This document shows positions 25,201-38,782 of a stretch of 64,000 bases of DNA, one piece after another. Below the pieces are notes generated by a model. That model was not told the origin of the DNA. It did not search any database and saw only the letters and a program-made list of their open reading frames with translations. Within the stretch, counting starts at the first letter, position 1. Each line of letters starts with the position of its first letter. The position numbers and the translations under genes were made by a program. This stretch comes from Eledone cirrhosa. Taxonomy: Eukaryota. The stretch lies in assembly GCA_964016885.1 (NCBI GenBank), contig OZ024742.1, positions 4,030,001 to 4,094,000 of the forward strand, written 5' to 3'.

Positions 25201-27689
25201 TATATATATATAGGTGTATGTGTCCTACCATCGTAACTATTAATACATGACGAAATCCAGCACAGACTTAAAGATCTTTTACAATATGTAAGTATGTGTG
25301 TGTGTGTGTGTGTGTATGTCATTCTCGCTATCGTAAATATATTCAACCAGTGATGGGCCTGTTATAACCTCATACATAGCGACACCATATTTAACATATG
25401 ATGGTATAAAGGACATAACATAGATAACGCCATGTTGAAATGTCGAAATGTTCGACTGTGTAGCAATTCAAATCAGTAATAGACAACACTCACTATTTTC
25501 TTCAATATTAGTTTGAAACCGAAAGATGATAAGATCTTTAATTCCCAGCGATAAAATGTTGTATCTCATACATTCCAGATTTGATAGAATATTCATCAAT
25601 ATTCTACCCAGTTCGATTTATTCCAGCCCACAATATGGTAGGGCATCTAACAGATGAAACATTGATTTAAACAAAATGTGTTTACATGCAAATTACAACT
25701 GAGAAGTCATATTTGGAACGGTGTTCCGTTATGTTTGTCCCCACACCGGATACATTGGAAACCACCGTCCCTGATGTCCGAAGAATCACCAAATGCTCCT
25801 TCCTTCAATGTTTTGATCCTAGCTCAGCTTGATCAGGGCAAGCTTAAGGGAGGGGTTAAGAAACAATAATGACAAGTTATTGCGATATTGGTCCACGTGA
25901 TATCATTGTGGCTACGACTTACATCTGCCTATGTTGAGATGACTAGTTATGAATTTACATCATAGGAGTTTGTTTGGGAGTTTTAATGAAAGGTCGATAA
26001 TCCTTCCATGTCATCATTTTGTCGGTTTATAAAGGGCGTCGTTTCACGACAAAATGTAAAGGACTGAAAGGGATGCCACATCATCCACCTGATGCGTTAA
26101 CAATTCCACCAGTCCACTGCCCCTTTGAAAGGATTGAAAACGAAGATTAGGTCTCCTAGATCAAAGCTACCTGGGGGTTAAATATCACCAAGAACATCTT
26201 TAGTCTAACGTACGATGACTATCAATTAGCAACACAATTTACCAATGAGAAAAATACTTATATATCTAACCACAATATGAAGTAGTGTCGATTCACCATC
26301 GGTTGCGACAAAGAGTGTCCCGATTGTTTGATCAACTGAAGAACCTAATCCTGGAATTAAAATGCAAGTGGCTAGACATTTCACAAACATAAGTACCCAT
26401 AACGTAGTTCTTTGTGCCATTCAGGGCGAGACAGTACATGGCAATGCTGGCCCGTTGAATTACAGTCAGAATTCAAGTTTTGCAGCTGAATTAAATGACA
26501 TAACGTTCCACCTGGAATCGAACATGCGGTCTTATACATACTAACCAGTAAGTCGAACATAATAACCACCAAGCTACTCACTTTCACATATCTTGTAGTA
26601 ATCCTGCAATTAAATATCTGAATGTTTAATCTTGAAACATACGAGTGGAGAGACATTTACCAAATAGATCGCAATATATTAATAGCCAGAAGCAATTCTT
26701 TACTTTTAAATGACAGTGTTGGAAAAATTATAAACTGCATTTAATTTTCAAATACTATTAGAAACCACCTCAAATATCAATTCTGGAGGGTATACTATTT
26801 TTAAAACTATGCTACTATGTTCTTAGTTTAATATTTATTGATATACGAGACAATCTTGTAAATATACTGCAGAAAGAACCAACAAGAAATCGATAGGTTG
26901 CTCTCACATGCTATTTTGTCATCGTTTTCTTTTTTTCTCTAATTCCATAAAGCTTGTTCTGAAATATTTAACATTTTAAATGTGTATCCTGACCTCGTAT
27001 AATACCACTGCTGTTTCCCTCTAAATATGGTCTTAGATCTTTCAATGCCTGGTTACTAAGAAAACACTAATCGACTGGTAACGGGGATGCAGCTGACGTC
27101 AGCGTATATATTTTCAGTGGTACCTCCACCTAAATATTTTCTAATATATTTAAATTATTAAAATGTTTGTTCTTGAGCAAAACATTTATCATTCACTACT
27201 AGGGAGACGGTCCTCCTTTCGTATCCTTCCAGTTCTCCTCTTAAGCTCTGTTCTAAAATATTTAAATCGTTAATGATTAATCTCTAAGAAAATATTCATC
27301 ACCGATTAAATAATGGAGTCTCCGCGTATCGAATACTTTCACTATTGCTACTCTCTAACCTGGTTTTAATATATTAAACTCTTTTCCTACCATCTCGCCT
27401 GAAACAGCTCCTATCCAAACGTCTTCCAGCCCCACATTATCTGGCCAGGAGAGGCAGTTGTTGGGTTGTGGCTGACTGAGCAAGATCCCGAAGATAAAAG
27501 TGAGAATCAGGTGAGAAACAATGTAACCAGCATCAAGTTATTCTCTCTAAACCAATATCTATAAATCAAAACATTAATACCTCAGGCAGGATTTGATATA
27601 TCATGTAACAGAGGAGCCATATTAGTTAAAGTATTATTGGGTAGTTGTGGCAGTGGTGGGGTAACAGTGGCTGTGATGAGGAAGAATAG

Positions 27690-27744
27690 TATTATTATTA
27701 TTATTAGTAGTAGTAGTAGTAGTAATAGTAGTAGTAATAGTAGT

Positions 27745-27782
<38 letters not shown>

Positions 27783-27828
27783 CAGCAGTAGTAGTAGTAG
27801 TAGTAGCAGCAGTAGTAGTAGTAGTAGT

Positions 27829-27884
<56 letters not shown>

Positions 27885-27909
27885 CAGCAGTAGTAGTAGT
27901 AGTAGTAGT

Positions 27910-27959
<50 letters not shown>

Positions 27960-28004
27960 CACAAGAAGCAGTAGCAGCAGTAGTAGTAGTAGTAGTAGTA
28001 GTAG

Positions 28005-28052
<48 letters not shown>

Positions 28053-28130
28053 TAGTAGTGGTAGTAGTAACAGTAGTAGTAGTAGTAGTAGTAGTAGTAC
28101 TAGTAGTAGTAGTAGTAATAGTAGTAGTAC

Positions 28131-28187
<57 letters not shown>

Positions 28188-28388
28188 CACAAGTAGCAGT
28201 AGCAGCACCAGCAGCAGCAGTAGTAATAGTAGTAGTAGTAGTAGTAGTAATAGTAGTAGTAGTAGTAGTAGTAGTAGTAGCACAAGTAGCAGTAGCAGCA
28301 CCAGCAGTAGTAATAGTAGTAGTAGTAGTACTAGTAGTAGTAGTAGTAGCACAAGTAGCAGTAGCAGCAGCAGCAGCAGCAGTAGTAA

Positions 28389-28432
<44 letters not shown>

Positions 28433-28580
28433 ATAGTAGTAGTACTAGTAGTAGTAGTAATAGTAGTAGTACTAGTAGTAGTAGTAGTAGTAGTAGTAGT
28501 ACTAGTACTAGTAGTAGTAGTAGTAGTAGTAGTAGTACTAGTAGTAGTAGTAGTAGTAGTAGTACTAGTAGTAGTAGTAA
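27690..28580. repeat. Compound (AGT/AGC/AAT)n trinucleotide array
   Basis: Direct reading; recurring AGCACAAGTAGC sub-blocks. Confidence 0.97.
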
Positions 28581-28769
28581 CGGGAGATGGCTTTGGTGTT
28601 GATGGTGTTTGGGTCGTTAGTAGTGTTTGAATTGTTGTAGTTGGTGATGTTGGTGGTATAGATGGGGATAATGGTGATGGCGGTGGTGTTAGTGGTGTAA
28701 GCATGATGGTGGTGAAGATGATGCTGGTGGTGGTGGTGGTGGTCGTGTGAAGGTGTTCATCTTCATCGT

Positions 28770-29078
28770 AGTGGTGTCGGCGTTGTTGGTGGAGGTGCTG
28801 GTGGTGTTGGCGTTGTTGGTGGAGGTGCTGGTGGTGGAGGTGCTGTTGGTGTTGGCGTTGTTGGTGGAGGTGCTGGTGGTGGAGGTGCTGGTGGTGGAGA
28901 TGCTGGTGGTGTTGGTGGAGGTGCTGGTGGTGTTGGCGTTGTTGATGGAGGTGCTGGTGGTGGAGGTGGTGATGGTGGAGGTGCTGGTGGTGGAGGTGCT
29001 GGTGGTGGAGGTGCTGGTGGTGTTGGCGTTGTTGGTGGAGGTGCTGGTGGTGGAGGTGCTGGTGGTGGAGGTGCTGGT
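28770..29078. repeat. 15-bp-period GGTGGAGGTGCTGGT / GGTGTTGGCGTTGTT minisatellite
   Basis: Direct reading. Confidence 0.9.
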
Positions 29079-29437
29079 GCCCGACGACGTCGACATCATA
29101 TTTAAACAAGAGATATATGTCAAAACAAGATGGCTAAATCCAGTAAGACATTGAGAGAGCTGATATGTATAAAAGCATGGCCATTATTAAGATGTGACAT
29201 TGAACATCCATATAGAGCTGACCTGGCCGAATGTCTTGGAATACACAAGAAGAATATTTCCAATTCTGCGGCTTAGTGTATATTTATGGTGAGACCATGT
29301 TGTTTTTGTATCGCTAGCATTGTGAGGAAATATTATCGGATTAAACTTATACATAGATAAGTGTTTGTGGGGATAAGTACTACTAGGAGTACGAATATAT
29401 ATATACACACATATATATATAAAGACAAACAATTGCA

Positions 29438-29494
<57 letters not shown>

Positions 29495-29760
29495 ATATAA
29501 TTCGGTGCATAATGATAATAGGTAGTAGCTTCCAAATTTGCATTGAAAGCAATTTTCCCTAAGACTGTAAACAGAATTATTGATTTCTTGGTTTCCTTTT
29601 TCGAAAACTGGTGGGAATTCTGATTTACATAGACATTACGTATCGAGAACATAGCGAATATCAGCAGTTTAAAACACAAAGGATTATTACATGTAAAGCA
29701 CTAACACAGACATACATTTGTGTGTATGTGTGTGTATGTGTTTATGTGTGTATGTGTGTA

Positions 29761-29805
<45 letters not shown>

Positions 29806-29965
29806 GAGTCTCGGGTTCAATCGGTGGTAACCACAGTTGTTAAGGCACTGAGTATATTAGTAGAGTGTAAACATCAAGTTTAATACAGAAATGGATTCTA
29901 CATGGCTCAGACTGTTTTTTTTTAATGAAACAGTTCTAGTACTGTAGAAGCCATTTCTATTTTAA

Positions 29966-30011
<46 letters not shown>

Positions 30012-30164
30012 GGATGTCCTCCAAAAGTATATTGATTACCTGTTACCTGTACAGGCAATATTTAGTTACATTACACAGCACAGAATACTCTGTTAGTAGA
30101 GTATAAATATGATAAAGAGTCTGGGTCACGATTTTTTATAATATAAACTCTACTACTCCAAGTA

Positions 30165-30201
30165 TCCAGTATTGTTTCTTGAATAATGGTTCTCTCCTGA
30201 T

Positions 30202-30238
<37 letters not shown>

Positions 30239-30280
30239 TTATAATCAGGAGAGAACCATTATTCAAGAAACAATACTGGT
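30165..30280. repeat. ~42-bp inverted repeat around (TA)n
   Basis: CCAGTATTGTTTCTTGAATAATGGTTCTCTCCTGATTATAAAT and its reverse complement. Confidence 0.85.
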
Positions 30281-30551
30281 TAATTCTGGACGAGTCCAGA
30301 ATTAGCCGTCGAAACGGCTTGAGCTCAGCCGTCGGGGTCCTACTCGTTCCTATATATATATGTATAAGGTTATACTTTTAATATGCAGATAAAACATATT
30401 ACGGTACTATCACCGTGTACATACCAACTTATATCAATCATTCGGAGACAAACGCTGTATTTAATAATTGCATAGGCGCCATTTTAGAGATAACTGATTT
30501 AACAAACCTGAACATTCCATGGATATCTATGTATGCATGTACTTCTGTATG

Positions 30552-30583
<32 letters not shown>

Positions 30584-30803
30584 AGTGTGTATGGGTGTGG
30601 GTGTGTGTGCGCGCGCACGCGTGTAATCAAAGAAAAATATTTTGTCCCTGCCTGTTTGTGTGTATCTGTATGTGTGTATGTGTCTATGTGTGTCTTTGTG
30701 CTTGCAATAGACAAAATATATTCTTGCTCCTGCCTATATATATGTACGTGTACATATATTCATATGCATAAATATCCATATAACTACATGTATTTATTTA
30801 TTA

Positions 30804-30848
<45 letters not shown>

Positions 30849-30948
30849 AATTGTAATTTTACGAAGAAGCATGTATACTTCTGAATATTTCTGTACGTAT
30901 GTGTGTCTAACTGTGCAAATGCATATATATTTAATACAGGGGCCAGCA

Positions 30949-30987
<39 letters not shown>

Positions 30988-30989
30988 AT

Positions 30990-31242
30990 ATAAGATCAAA
31001 AGATGGTTAAAAGAGTTCCATGTATTTTATTATGAACATTTCAAAAACAAATATCATCATGCGATGACATTTGCCTTTTCGTCAGATAAAATAGGGAGGC
31101 ATGATATGAAGGTTAAAAAACACTTGTGAATAGTGCAGTTTTAAATCAACATATATTATTTATACTCCAGTCCTACAAACTGTAGAGTGCTACTTATCCG
31201 ATATCTGCATTGCTTTATTGTACTACAATAAAACTCACCTCC

Positions 31243-31243
<1 letters not shown>
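30990..31243. mobile_element. Inverted HHR terminus + tail (HHR 31023-31093, -)
   Basis: Minus strand TATTTTAT-CTGACGA-AAAGGCAAATGTCATC..GATGATATTTGTTTTT-GAAA-TGTTCA-TA-ATAAAATA; tail homologous to 31285-31352. Confidence 0.8.
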
Positions 31244-31284
<41 letters not shown>

Positions 31285-31288
<4 letters not shown>

Positions 31289-31820
31289 AGGTGAGTAATA
31301 TTGTAGAACAATAAAACTATGCATATATGAGATAAGTAGCACTCGACAGTTCGTAGAAGAAATTAAAAAATGGTTAAAAAAGTTCCATATATTTTATTAT
31401 GCGCATTTCGAAAACAACATCATCCTGGGACAAAAATTGTGTTCTCATCAGATAAAATAAGGTAATATGATATGAGGCCTAAAAACACTTGTGAACAAGA
31501 AAGTGTCCAACAACATATGACAAAAATATAATATATTACAAATGACAAAAAATAATATAATAATTCTTTTTCCTCTCTTCTATTTCTTTTTTCCTTTTTA
31601 CTTTCTTCTTTCCTTTTCTTCATTTTTCCTATTTTTTTCTCTTCTCTAATATTTTTTGTCATATGTTGACTGCACACTTTCTTGTTCGCAAGTGTTTTTA
31701 GGCCTTGTATCATGTTACCTTATTTTATCTGATGAGAAGACAATTTTGTCCCAGGATGATGTTGTTTTCGAAATGCGCATAATAATATATGGAACTTTTT
31801 TAACCATCTTTTAACTTCTT

Positions 31821-31824
<4 letters not shown>
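31285..31824. mobile_element. Fold-back PLE terminus, HHRs at 31390-31459 (-) and 31721-31789 (+)
   Basis: 31352-31527 mirrors 31650-31822; TATTTTAT-CTGATGA-GAAGACAA..TTGTTTTC-GAAA-TGCGCA-TA-ATAATATA; (TA)n flanks. Confidence 0.88.
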
Positions 31825-31873
<49 letters not shown>

Positions 31874-33400
31874 CAGTGGCCTAGCTAGGGTAAACGGCAC
31901 CCAGGGCAACCATCAAAATTGCCCCCCCCCCCTCGGAAAATCGACATTCCATTTCTAGCAGCGGTCGAAGCCCATTTCAAGAGACTCGTAGATTAAGAAT
32001 GTTCCTTCTTCTTTAAAATAAAGATGAAGGGCTCCTATATCAGCTGCAGCATCGTGAAAATTCATTCTTGGATCTTGAAGTCTCTTTTGAACCCGGTCAA
32101 TTCGTGAGAGAATCGTGTTCCAGAATCCAATCAAGTTCAGGAATTCATAACTCAGTATCCGATTATGGAGATTACTGGCATCACTTCTGCTCTCGCATGT
32201 CTCTGTTTCATCATCACTAATCAGCGTCAAATAATTCGCTACCGGTCTGACTGCGGTACATCTAGCACTCCACCGCGTGTCGGAAGGATATTTAACAACC
32301 ACTGGGGCAACTTCTTTAAGCGATTCCCATCGTCGTGCTGAACAAAAAAAAAAGTTGTATAACGAGTCAATGCAACTGAAAAAGTTCATCATAGCAGAAT
32401 CGTTTTTGGCTGCATGAAGACCAGCCAGATTAAGTGAATGGTTATCAAATTAACCAAGTGAATCAAATTATTCTTCTCTCTCATTCTCTGCTGAACCTCA
32501 CTGTCATGCCCAGCCATTATGGCAGCATTGTTGTAGCACTCCAATCGACAGTTCTGCACTGGTAGGTCATCTTTTTCTAGCTCTTTCACGATTGTTTCAA
32601 CAAGGCTTGCGGCATCTTTTTTGATTACTTGAATGAATCCAAGAAAAGATTCCCTCACATCGACCGTCTTCATTTTGAAATCAACATCGACATATCGCCC
32701 AGCTTTTGACAGTTGTTCTCGGTGCGCCTGGTAAGGGGTCGAATCAATCAGCAGACCATAGTATCTTGCTTTTTGGATACGATTTAGTAAATTCTGACGA
32801 ACTGTATTATAGAAGAAAACATTGAACCATCTAAACTGGAGTCAAGTTGAATTCCTAATAGAAGCTATCCGATCCTATCTGGCCATTTGGATTATGATAC
32901 CTTTTCTATACGTCTTATACCAGTTGTAAAAGACAAACTACTCTGTTTTGTAAACCAGCTTCATAATTATAATTATCTTGTATTGGTCATTGCAATGCAT
33001 TGCTAAAAATAGCGCCTGCGTGTCCACCTGTTACACATCCAAAACTACGTCCCTTCAGTCAGTGCGGGAGGGGGCGGTTTTGTGAGGTCAAGTGAGGTAT
33101 CCGCTGTTTTGCAATGTATAGCTAAAAATAGCGCCCGCATAATTGCAACCCATCCTGCTGTCAGTGTGGAAGGGGGGGTGGCGTTTTTGTGAAGTCAAAT
33201 CAGACATCTGCTCTGTCTAGTGCACTAGACATGGCGTGGAAGTCGGCTATCAAGAAATCGCATGCTTCATTTTTGGCTTATATTTTAAAAAATGATAAAA
33301 ACGACATGGATGTAAATCGATCTAGGTCGAAATTGCGCCCCCCCCTAAATATGGCGCCCGTGGCATGTGCCCCGCTTGCCACACCCTAGTTACGCCACTG
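31874..33400 (-). mobile_element. Internally deleted hAT DNA transposon (Tip100/ZMYM1-like)
   Basis: 18-bp TIRs CAGTGGCCTAGCTAGGGT / ACCCTAGTTACGCCACTG (2 mismatches); 8-bp flanks TACATATA / TATATATA. Confidence 0.85.
31955..32800 (-). pseudogene. hAT transposase fragment
   Basis: YYGLLIDSTPYQAHREQLS (manual translation), VRESFLGFI, CYNNAAIMAG, SDTRWSAR; frameshifted. Confidence 0.88.
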
Positions 33401-34698
33401 TATATATATATATATATGCATGTGTATATATATATATATATGTATGTATGTATGTTTTTGAGTGTCTGCATGTATGTGTGTGTTGATCCCGTATATAATC
33501 GGAGCAACCACAGTAAATAAGGTACTCAATACATAGGTACAGTGAGAAGAATGTAGATTCTACAGGACTAGAACTCTTTCATTCATACTTCTCCTACAAT
33601 ACAATCCAGAGCCTTCTCACTGCTATTGGAGGAACCCTTCCTGGTTGACCTGCACCGTTTTCGGTTTAGTTATGGTAATTTCTTTAGGGATGTAACCGTA
33701 TTCACCATAATTGGCCAATTGTGGGTTGGTGAGGCTATTTAACCCATAAATAGGGTGGATGGTCGTTCATCCACCTGACTAATAGTTGCTGGGGTTCCAC
33801 TTTCCTTCCTCACTAGAGCAGGGTCTGGTGTGGTAGCCGGTTTAGTCACCGATCATTTGGCCATGACGCAGATTGTACTGGGTTACGTGGTACCAATAGC
33901 ACACAGAAGCATGACCTGGCCTGAAATGTCCTGCTCCACCTTAATTCACATGTGGGCTAAATTTATTGATTGAACAACTGAATATTCATCCTTCAAACTG
34001 ATGGAGGATACATTATTTTGTTACGATATTTTTGGAAAGCCAGCACAATTCTCTTTCTTTGGAAAGAAGAATTACCATACTCAAAATATATACGGTAAAA
34101 TTATCAACTATTTTTCTCTTGTTTCCTTTTTATTCTACTCTTCGTTTCTAATTTACATGTTGCTTGTTGTAATACCAAAACAATCATAACTACATATCTT
34201 ACAAAACATCTTGTATTTCATATTTTCAAAATGCCTATTTATTATTAACCCACTTCAAGTTTCCGTAAATATGTTGTATAAACTATAGAATATTTTTGTA
34301 CAACCTATTTACTTCATCTTATTCTATTTTCTAACCTAATGAAGCAAATATTTCCAAACTCTGTCGTTAGGATCAAATGTTATTGCTTTAGTTTTATATT
34401 TCCTTTGACGTTTGCAAATAACTAATGGAAACTGCACACGAACAGGAATGTTATCATAATTTGGTTTATCGAAAAAGGTTATTTCTGTTATATCGGTAAA
34501 TGTAGATCAGCTATAATTTAACAAATGACTAAATTACTTCTCCCAAGTTAAATGGATTAAAATATAAAAATTGAGAAATACAAGAGTATTATTCTATTCT
34601 CAGAAACTTCTTTGAAAGAGAAATGCATTGAATTCTATTAAATTCTATTAATTATGTCATGATTTTATCACAGGAACAGGGCTGAATTCAGAACAAAT

Positions 34699-34739
<41 letters not shown>

Positions 34740-35972
34740 ATTATATATATATATATTCGAGTAACGCGAAAATAAGCGGATAGCGATCTCTAGACCTACC
34801 AGTTCAGAGAAACAATTGTCAGCAATGAGATTAAAAACCTTTTTTGTATAGCAAACCGTGTCGCTCTTCTTTCCTGATATATATATATATATATATAAAT
34901 ATATATATATATTTTCCCAAATATATATATATATGTGTGTGTGTGTGTGTATAGAAGTAGAGTAGGTAGGTAGGTAGATAGTAATATCCAAGATATAGAG
35001 CAAATCAAGTCCGTAGGGTGACATTGAATATAAGTGTGAAAGCCAGTTAGTACAACGTCACCATACCAGGTACGTACGTTTCGTTAGCCCCGAGGACCAA
35101 CTTGTTTAACCAATGAAAATGTACCGGAAAAAACCGATTCATTTTCATCGGGACAGGTTGAACAAGCTGGTCCTCAGGTCTAAGGAAACGGACGTATCCG
35201 GTATAGTACCGTTGTAGTAACAGACCTTAATAATTATATTTGTCACATATGATAAATAATGTGTATCTACACCTATGTTTGCGTGTATGTGTGTGTATAG
35301 ACATATATACACACACATACTACTTATATTCCTTCGTATAAATATTTTAAAGAAGTTATTGTAAAGCCTAATTGTGTACACACTCAAATTTAATTTTCTT
35401 CGAATCAGTCTTGATTTCCTGAGAACCACGTTAAGTGTTCTTCGATGTCAAAGTTCCATTGAACTACCATTGTGATCAATCATGATAAAAACTTCCACCA
35501 GAGAGTCTAAAATGATTTAGACCAAACATTATTAGAGGTGTCTATATAATAACACATTACCTCTTACACGTAACAGTCTCTTTCAATGTGAGTGATACAC
35601 TTGTCCTTCTTACTGCGTCTTATTATTATTGTTTTGGGTGTTAACGTCAGTGTCACATTTATCGTTTTTCTTGATGTTATTGCCGCCGATGTTATTGTGC
35701 TTGTCGTCAGTTTTGTTTTTGTTTTAATATCAATTTAAAATAATGACAGGAAAAAACATGACACATCCGCTATGTTGTGTAATGTGATGGTGAAATATTA
35801 GAAATAGAATAAAAAATAAATAACTGTGTTATAGACGCGAGTAAGGAAGTGTGGTCAAGTAATTCACTTCAGACCCATTTCATTGCTGATTCACTGCCCC
35901 TGTGGGGCCATTCCTAACCTCTGCTGTAGCAATAGGTATGAAATTGCGAAGACGGAAGCTGAAAAAGGCCAT

Positions 35973-36014
<42 letters not shown>

Positions 36015-36160
36015 TATAGAACAGAACAAACGAAGACATAAAATAACAAAATAGTCAATGAGGAGGTCACAGAATGTGTGACGAAAGCGTTTTGACAATA
36101 AATAAATAACCATCCGGTTATTAAACTAACCAACTGGAAATTATATATATATATATATAT

Positions 36161-36224
<64 letters not shown>

Positions 36225-36748
36225 TGTGTGTGTGTGTGTGTTTGCGCGTTATTATGTAAGCTAAGAGTTATTATTTATTATTAAGTCTAGAAATTATTTC
36301 ATCATTTGTGTAACTATTCAGAATGTTCGCCTCATTAAATGTATAGTTCTGTATCTAATAAACAGTTATTCAATTTTATTAATCCTATTACTGATGAGTG
36401 ACATATCATTAGTGAAAGCTCTTGAAATGCTCTTCTTAATTGCTTATAACCTCCACAGTGTTATATAATGAGGAATAGAAATGGGATTATTTGCTTTAGC
36501 TCCGATCATGTGACATTTATTCGATCATGTGACATTTTGGTTAAGTGTTTTTTACTGTAATGTCAGGTCGAGTCATGTCATGTATGGAGGTGTAAACTAC
36601 GTGGAAGTCTGTCAAATAGATTTAACATGTAATTTAAAGGCCAAGCCTTGTGTCACATTGTAAACGTACTGTCACTGATGATGAGAAACGCAACAAGACG
36701 GCTGTGAAAAGGTGATAGGTAGAAACTGAAGGAGTCCATTGTATATAT

Positions 36749-36825
<77 letters not shown>

Positions 36826-36829
<4 letters not shown>

Positions 36830-37796
36830 GAAGAGAGAAGAAACATTTAGATATAATTAGTAATAAGATGTATCATACCTAAACTGCTTCTAGATTCCTC
36901 GACTACGTAGTTTCGTGGCATAATCAAAAACAATACATCATAGAGATGTAGAGCCTTCTAGAGAATCTAGAAGCAGTTTAGATATGATACATCTTATTAC
37001 TAATTATATCTAAATGTTTCTTCTCTCTTCATAATGTACTTTTAGCTCTGATACTGGTTCAGTCTAATCCATTCGGATTGGTTTGTCCCAGTTATTCATA
37101 GAGCAACATCGGTTAAGGTTGGCACCATTAACACAAGGATGGATGTGGATATATTCATGTATATGTGTGTGTCCGCATGTATCTGTGTGTTTCTCAATAT
37201 ATTGTTTATAACTCCCCCTGGTCGAGTAATCTTTGAAGTGTAGTGACTGCTGGAAAGCTGCCATTACTCATACTTCTCGTCCCCTTAACCACCTCTTCTA
37301 CGGCCTCGATATAAATACCCCCTCCGCCTCCGCGGTATTTTTTTCAGGGTTATAAGGGCCTTAGCTCTGTTTCTCGACCGTTGTATCACGTGACTAACTC
37401 CCCCTCCGCCTTTTGGGATTCTATCTCACATCTTATAGACGTGTTCTTGAAGCTAGTAAAATGAGGTATCCTCTTGATAAGCCGGCAGACCTCACAAAGG
37501 CTCTATATCTCTATGATGTATTGTTTTTGATTATGCCACGAAACTACGTAGTCGAGGAATCTAGAAGCAGTTTAGGTATGATACATCTTATTACTAATTA
37601 TATCTAAATGTTTCTTCTCTCTTCATAATGTACTTTTAGCTCTGATACTGGTTTAGTCTAATCCATTCGGATTGGTTTGTCCCAGTTATTCATAGAGCAA
37701 CATCGGTTAAGGTTGGCACCATTAACTCAAGGATGGATGTGGATATATTCATGTATATGTGTGTGTCCGCATGTATCTGTGTGTTTCTCAATATAT

Positions 37797-37800
<4 letters not shown>
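36826..37800. mobile_element. Inverted terminus followed by two direct copies of terminus + tail
   Basis: 36826-36957 is the reverse complement of 37497-37629; 36963-37205 repeats at 37557-37799; GAAAC-TACGTA-GTC HHR 3' half at ~37540; (TA)n flanks. Confidence 0.8.
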
Positions 37801-37865
<65 letters not shown>

Positions 37866-37868
<3 letters not shown>

Positions 37869-38072
37869 GAACACTGGAAAGTAATATCCGTAGTGGTATA
37901 GCACTCAGTCAATGGGACGAGTGAGGTAGAAGTGATAACACAACAGTTAGTTCACTATACCGAGTACAATTGTTTCACCTTAGCGGATCTTCAGCTCGTA
38001 CAAGCTGAAGAACCGCTAAGGTGAAACAATTGTTCTCGGTATGGTGAACTAACTGTTGTGTTATCACTTCTA
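37866..38072. mobile_element. 146-bp palindrome (37927-38072) + tail, with back-to-back HHRs (37961-37998 -, 38001-38038 +)
   Basis: Minus CGAG-CTGAAGA-TCCGCTAAGGT-GAAA-CAATTG-TA-CTCG; plus CAAG-CTGAAGA-ACCGCTAAGGT-GAAA-CAATTG-TT-CTCG. Confidence 0.88.
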
Positions 38073-38090
38073 TATATATATATATATATA

Positions 38091-38447
38091 TAAGAGAGTA
38101 TTGAAGTTTGCTTGAAGCATTGTGGAATAATAGGTAAATATCTTTAAGTCGTTTGGAAGCCTCGACAATGCAAATGGGTAAATCTCCGGGTAACAAGATC
38201 CGGTGGTGGAGAGAGAGATGTAAGTGGGTGTACGTTGAGATGCGTGGTCTGTATAAGACGTGTAGAGGAATGAAAGGAAGAGTATCAAGGATAAAATAAA
38301 AATAACAACACGAGAGAGTTACCTTGGGAGAGATTTAATTGTCCCTATATATTTCGGATTCACATCCATCAACTGGGGTTTTTTCCGGGGTGGTGGAAAG
38401 GTTGTCTGTCGGAAAGGTGCGAAACGCGTCCTCCGCTGTTTGTTGTT

Positions 38448-38452
<5 letters not shown>
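38091..38452 (+). mobile_element. ~360-bp TA-flanked dispersed repeat; second copy 46858-47225
   Basis: Copies align end to end; GCGAAACGCGTC near the 3' end. Confidence 0.8.
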
Positions 38453-38501
<49 letters not shown>

Positions 38502-38700
38502 TTTTTGTTACTAATCTAAACTCATCTCTGTAATATCCGCAGTTTGATAGAGGTAAAGATGTCTAAATATTTAAGATACATCTACCAGCTTCTACATCAG
38601 GTGTTGATTGTTCTTTTCAGTTTTTGTATTTTCACCTACACACACACACACATATATATACACACACACACACGCACACATATATATATATATATATACA

Positions 38701-38782
<82 letters not shown>

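Noticed and set aside
25600-26700. Host exon or old LINE remnant (also 40200-42230, 60780-61260)
   Set aside because: Slightly higher complexity, but no recognisable motifs or supportable splice structure
36386-36440. CTGATGA...GAAA motif
   Set aside because: No consistent stems I/III and no TA-flanked element context
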